Assembly (NCBI GenBank): GCA_016786525.1
Contig: JAEUVW010000352.1
Location: forward strand, 1 to 39,189
Reading direction: 5' to 3'
DNA: 39,189 bases
From: Chitinophagaceae bacterium
Lineage (GTDB): Bacteria; Bacteroidota; Bacteroidia; Chitinophagales; Chitinophagaceae
Below are positions 35,715 through 39,189 of the stretch, in pieces. A model generated the notes under the pieces. It was given only the letters and a program-made list of their open reading frames with translations, was not told where the DNA came from and ran no database searches. A program made the translations under genes and the position numbers. The number at the start of each line of letters is the position of its first letter. Position 1 is the first letter of the stretch.

Positions 35715-37463
35715 TTACAGGGCAGGTTCCTCTTCGGCATCTTGCTCCGCCATCATCTCGTCCATCCTGGCCGCTTCTGCCTTATCCCGCATATCCTGGG
35801 CCTCCTGCAGTACCTTTCCGAAATCAAAAAGCTGGGTCAGGCTGCTCTCTTTTTTGTTGACAAAGTTGACACTCATTTTATACTTGAACGTATTGCCGTC
35901 CAGCTCTCCGCCATTGAACACCAGGTTATCAAAGGTCTTCAGCGATGCATTGTATACCAATGAGTCTGCAGCATTGTTGGCCATTACCCCGGCTGTCCGT
36001 TTCGCCCATGAGTTATAGTCGAAGAACATACCGAAGGGGTGCTTCTGGATATGCTCCTTTACTTTTTGCGAAACCTGCTTCGTATAGATTCCGGCCATAT
36101 AGTTCTGTGCATTGCGCGCTTTGTTGGCAAATACGGCGTACTGATCATTGACCAGTATTACAGAGGAGTCTGAAGGGTTGCCCATCGATTTCATGCGAAA
36201 GGTTCCTTCGTTGATCTGCTCCAGCATTTCCATCGATACGGCCAGGTTCAGCAGTTTCCTGAAGGCTTCTTTTTTGTTCAGGCGCAAGGCAAAGAGCACA
36301 TCCATATCCGTTTTGTAACTGGAGAATGCAGAACTGGCATCTGTACTATCAAACAATACCGTCTCCTTCTTTTGCTGATAATTGTTCATCGCAAAGACCA
36401 TATCCCCGGATATAGCGCTCAGTATTTCTTCGACACTCAGGTGCTGTTCGGCCAGGTAGCCGTTGGCCAGGCCCAGCATCCCCATCTTTTCAATGGTTTT
36501 CTGCGTAGCCTCCGGAGACATGCGGTAAGCAAAGATGTAGTCGAGCCCCTCGTTCGGTACCCTGTTGACCACATCTTCTTCCACGTTCTTATTGCTGTAT
36601 TGCTTATTGATCTCTTTCAGTTCGTCGGAGCTGTACATCAGCATGTCCGTCACGACCCTTCCTTTTTCGAAATTGGTGGCCGCCGAAAAAGCCGAGTTCC
36701 GCCACATTGTATTGGAGAGCCCGACACCCCCGGTCATCATGCCGATGTTCCGGGATCCGTAGCTGCTCATCACCGCGTCAATATTGACCCAGAAGCCAAG
36801 ATCATGCTTATGGTTTTCGAATGCGGCAAAGCGCTTATCGTTGAGCAGGGCATTTTTTTCCGATACGGCAAAGGCAGATTCCAGCTGAGAGGCCAGCAAA
36901 ACTTCCTGGTCAACAACAGGCGCTGCTGTTTCCCCCTCTTCTTCTTCAAAGTAGCCGGTTTCTGCTTTTTGTACCGAAACCAGGATCAGCAGGTTGTTGG
37001 TCCAGCCTGCATAGATATCGTCTATGAGGTGTGCCTCTTTCCGCTTTTCATTTTCTTTTATGGTAGCATCTGAAAAAGTCTTTTTTACAAAAGACTCCCA
37101 TTTCATCGCATTCTTTAAGGGGATCAGCGCCACGAAGCAGGCCGAATTGTCTGTACCTCCATTGCTTTTCAGGTAGGCATAAAACGTATTGAGTTCATCC
37201 ACACCGGCTTCCTGCATGTTGCGGATAAATTCCGATTGCTTTGCCGAATCCTTCTTTGACCCTGAGCCGCGTAGCTTATCCCAGAGATTACTGCCGGTAA
37301 TCATACTCCAGGCTATTTTTTTAGATAGCTCTTTGGTATTGACCTCGGCCACCATCAATGCGTCTTTGGGTATATACTTTGCATGGTCGGGTACGTGATG
37401 GCAGGCACCCAGCAACAGCAGGGACGGGAGTAGCAGGGCAAACAGCAGGGAACGGATGTTCAT
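35715..37463 (-). CDS. DUF4836-like lipoprotein
   Basis: Lipobox LGAC, then YIPKDALMV..VN and C-terminal KESSLTQL. Start at ATG 37463 avoids overlap with the upstream gene. Confidence 0.7.
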   Translation of the reverse strand: MNIRSLLFALLLPSLLLLGACHHVPDHAKYIPKDALMVAEVNTKELSKKIAWSMITGSNLWDKLRGSGSKKDSAKQSEFIRNMQEAGVDELNTFYAYLKSNGGTDNSACFVALIPLKNAMKWESFVKKTFSDATIKENEKRKEAHLIDDIYAGWTNNLLILVSVQKAETGYFEEEEGETAAPVVDQEVLLASQLESAFAVSEKNALLNDKRFAAFENHKHDLGFWVNIDAVMSSYGSRNIGMMTGGVGLSNTMWRNSAFSAATNFEKGRVVTDMLMYSSDELKEINKQYSNKNVEEDVVNRVPNEGLDYIFAYRMSPEATQKTIEKMGMLGLANGYLAEQHLSVEEILSAISGDMVFAMNNYQQKKETVLFDSTDASSAFSSYKTDMDVLFALRLNKKEAFRKLLNLAVSMEMLEQINEGTFRMKSMGNPSDSSVILVNDQYAVFANKARNAQNYMAGIYTKQVSQKVKEHIQKHPFGMFFDYNSWAKRTAGVMANNAADSLVYNASLKTFDNLVFNGGELDGNTFKYKMSVNFVNKKESSLTQLFDFGKVLQEAQDMRDKAEAARMDEMMAEQDAEEEPAL

Positions 37464-37479
37464 GTATACGTATGTTTTT

Positions 37480-37899
37480 TTAGAAAGGCAGATCATCTGC
37501 AGCGTTTTGGTTGGCTGCACTATTGAAATTATTGTTTGCAGGGGGGGCCTGGTTGTAGGATTGCTGCGGCTGCGCGGGTTGGCTGTAAGCGTTGTTGCTG
37601 TCTCCGGCAGAAGCCCTTTCAATGCGCCAGGCATCCAGGCTGGTGATGTAGTTGACGCGGCCGTCTTTTTCCCATTTGTTACCGCGGATATTGAAGCTCA
37701 CTTTTACCATATCCCCTTCGTGGAAATTGTCCAAAAGCTCACAACGGTTCTGCACGGCCTGCAGTTTCGCAAAGTTGGGGTAAGAATTACCATTTACTTC
37801 TTCTGTGATGTCCAGCACAAATTCGCGTTTTTTAAACCGTTCAGACACTTGCTGGGTTGGGTACTTTTCGATCAGTTTTCCGATTACTTCTAAAGCCAT
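37480..37899 (-). CDS. DUF3127 family OB-fold protein with SSB-like acidic tail
   Basis: FKKREFVL, V.FNIRG..W, Y.TSL.AWRI, low-complexity linker, C-terminal DDLPF; TACCTTTG -7 element at 37944-37951. Confidence 0.85.
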   Translation of the reverse strand: MALEVIGKLIEKYPTQQVSERFKKREFVLDITEEVNGNSYPNFAKLQAVQNRCELLDNFHEGDMVKVSFNIRGNKWEKDGRVNYITSLDAWRIERASAGDSNNAYSQPAQPQQSYNQAPPANNNFNSAANQNAADDLPF

Positions 37900-38002
37900 T
37901 TTATTGAGATTTTAATTGTTTACGAATTACTATGCTTATTTGCCAAAGGTAGTGAAGGCCGTGTATATATGCAAACGATACTTATTGTGTAGCCTGCAAT
38001 AA

Positions 38003-38028
38003 AATAGCCCCTTATGACAGGGGCTATT
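38003..38028 (-). terminator. Terminator downstream of tRNA-His
   Basis: AATAGCCCCT-tatgac-AGGGGCTATT with an A-rich left flank. Confidence 0.75.
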
Positions 38029-38043
38029 CAGAATTTTAACGGG

Positions 38044-38118
38044 GGAGATAAATGGGTCTCGAACCCACGACCTCCAGTGCCACAAACTGGCGCTCTAACC
38101 AACTGAGCTACTACCTCC
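38044..38118 (-). tRNA. tRNA-His (GUG)
   Basis: Cloverleaf: G-1 GAGGTAG / TTATCTC C73, D-arm GCTC..GAGC, anticodon arm CCAGT-TTGTGGC-ACTGG, T-arm GTGGG-TTCGAGA-CCCAT. CCA not encoded. TACATTTG promoter element at 38135-38142. Confidence 0.95.
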
Positions 38119-38196
38119 GTGTTTCTTTGGGCAGCAAATGTAAGGTGTTTTTTCTTCAAAATAGTGGGTTGGGACAATATTTCTTTGTACACCGGC

Positions 38197-39189
38197 TCAG
38201 CCGGCCCAGTTTTCCCGGTCGAGACTGCGGTATTGTATGGCTTCTGCCAGGTGCTCGGGTTTTATATCGGCGGCGCCTGCCAGGTCCGCTACAGTGCGCG
38301 ATACCTTAAGGATACGGTCGTACGCTCTTGCAGAAAGGTGCAGGCGGTCCATGGCTGTTTTCAGCAGGGTGGCCCCTACCGGGCTGAGCCTGCATACTTC
38401 CTTCAGCAGTTTGCTGCTCATTTGCGCATTGTTGTAGGTGCCCGGAGTGTCCGCAAATCGCTTTTCCTGGATATTTCTGGCGGCAATGACCCGCTCCCGC
38501 ACCACAGCGCTGCTATCTCCTGCCCTGTCGTTATTGCTCAGTTCCTCAAAAGGGACCGGTGTTACTTCCACATGAAGGTCTATACGGTCCAGCAGCGGGC
38601 CGGATACTTTGTTCAGGTAGCGCTGAACGGTAGTAGAGGTACACGAACACTCCTTTGCAGGATGATTGTAGTACCCGCAGGGGCAGGGGTTCATCGACGC
38701 AATCAGCATAAAACTGGCCGGGAAGTCCAGGCTGATGCGGGCCCGCGATATAGAGACCTGGCGATCTTCCATAGGCTGGCGCATGACTTCCAGCGCCGTG
38801 CGCTTAAACTCCGGCAACTCATCAAGAAAGAGAATGCCGTTGTGCGCCAGGGATATTTCGCCGGGTTGCGGAATACCGCCGCCGCCCACCAGGGCTGCAT
38901 CGCTGACAGTATGGTGGGGTGCGCGGAAAGGCCGGTGCGCTACCAGTGAGGCATTGACGGCCATCTTACCGGCCACGGAGTGGATCTTGGTAGTTTCCAG
39001 TGCCTCCTGAAGCGTAAGGGGTGGAAGTATGGTCGGCAAACGCTTGGCCAGCATAGTCTTACCGGCACCGGGAGGCCCGATCAGGATCGCATTATGCCCG
39101 CCGGCAGCAGCAATCTCCAGGGCCCGCTTTACATTTTCCTGCCCCCGTACATCGTTAAAGTCTACATCGAAAGACTGCTGGTTTTCAAA
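38197..39189 (-). CDS. comM: YifB/ComM Mg-chelatase-like AAA+ ATPase, 5' end outside the window
   Basis: DVRGQENVKRALEIAAAGGHN...GPPGAGKT (read beyond the ORF track), PFRAPHH, LFLDELPEF, MNPCPCG, SGPLLDRID, SARAYDR. Confidence 0.93.
   Translation of the reverse strand, partial: FENQQSFDVDFNDVRGQENVKRALEIAAAGGHNAILIGPPGAGKTMLAKRLPTILPPLTLQEALETTKIHSVAGKMAVNASLVAHRPFRAPHHTVSDAALVGGGGIPQPGEISLAHNGILFLDELPEFKRTALEVMRQPMEDRQVSISRARISLDFPASFMLIASMNPCPCGYYNHPAKECSCTSTTVQRYLNKVSGPLLDRIDLHVEVTPVPFEELSNNDRAGDSSAVVRERVIAARNIQEKRFADTPGTYNNAQMSSKLLKEVCRLSPVGATLLKTAMDRLHLSARAYDRILKVSRTVADLAGAADIKPEHLAEAIQYRSLDRENWAG

Noticed and set aside
37464-37634. N-terminal extension of the DUF4836-like ORF
   Set aside because: Overlaps DUF3127; the lipoprotein signal begins at 37463.
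38052-38949. Plus-strand ORFs over the tRNA and comM
   Set aside because: Antisense to the tRNA and comM.
38003-39189. Possible integrated element at tRNA-His or comM (both are common integration targets)
   Set aside because: No integrase and no duplicated tRNA 3' end seen; the terminator follows the tRNA directly and the visible part of comM is uninterrupted.

Overview
Gene-dense chromosomal window from a Bacteroidota bacterium, probably Chitinophagaceae-like. This is inferred from the T9SS C-terminal sorting domains, GLPGLI and DUF4836/DUF3127 proteins, TAnnTTTG promoter elements and Gln-starting mature proteins. Most genes are housekeeping: M16, S41 and C1B peptidases, pdxA, aroA/aroB, comF, a prenyl synthase, a thiolase, hflX, folB, hslR, a comM/YifB ATPase and tRNA-His(GUG). 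No transposase, integrase, CRISPR array or rRNA was seen. The most interesting accessory element is a tightly coupled, AT-richer 4-gene cassette at 25626-29259. It encodes an NTase-kinase fusion, a small HAD phosphatase, a nucleotidyltransferase and an uncharacterised glycosyltransferase-like protein. It resembles the bcb/ecb/kfo capsule-decoration (fructofuranosylation-linked) module but stands alone, outside any capsule locus, directly upstream of a T9SS surface protein. Other points: a two-component system divergent from a GLPGLI + beta-barrel operon with tandem TTAACC operator-like repeats; a T9SS cargo gene frameshifted inside its sorting domain; several REP-like elements; and an exact 17-bp intergenic repeat. 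All assignments come from reading motifs by eye; no database searches were run.
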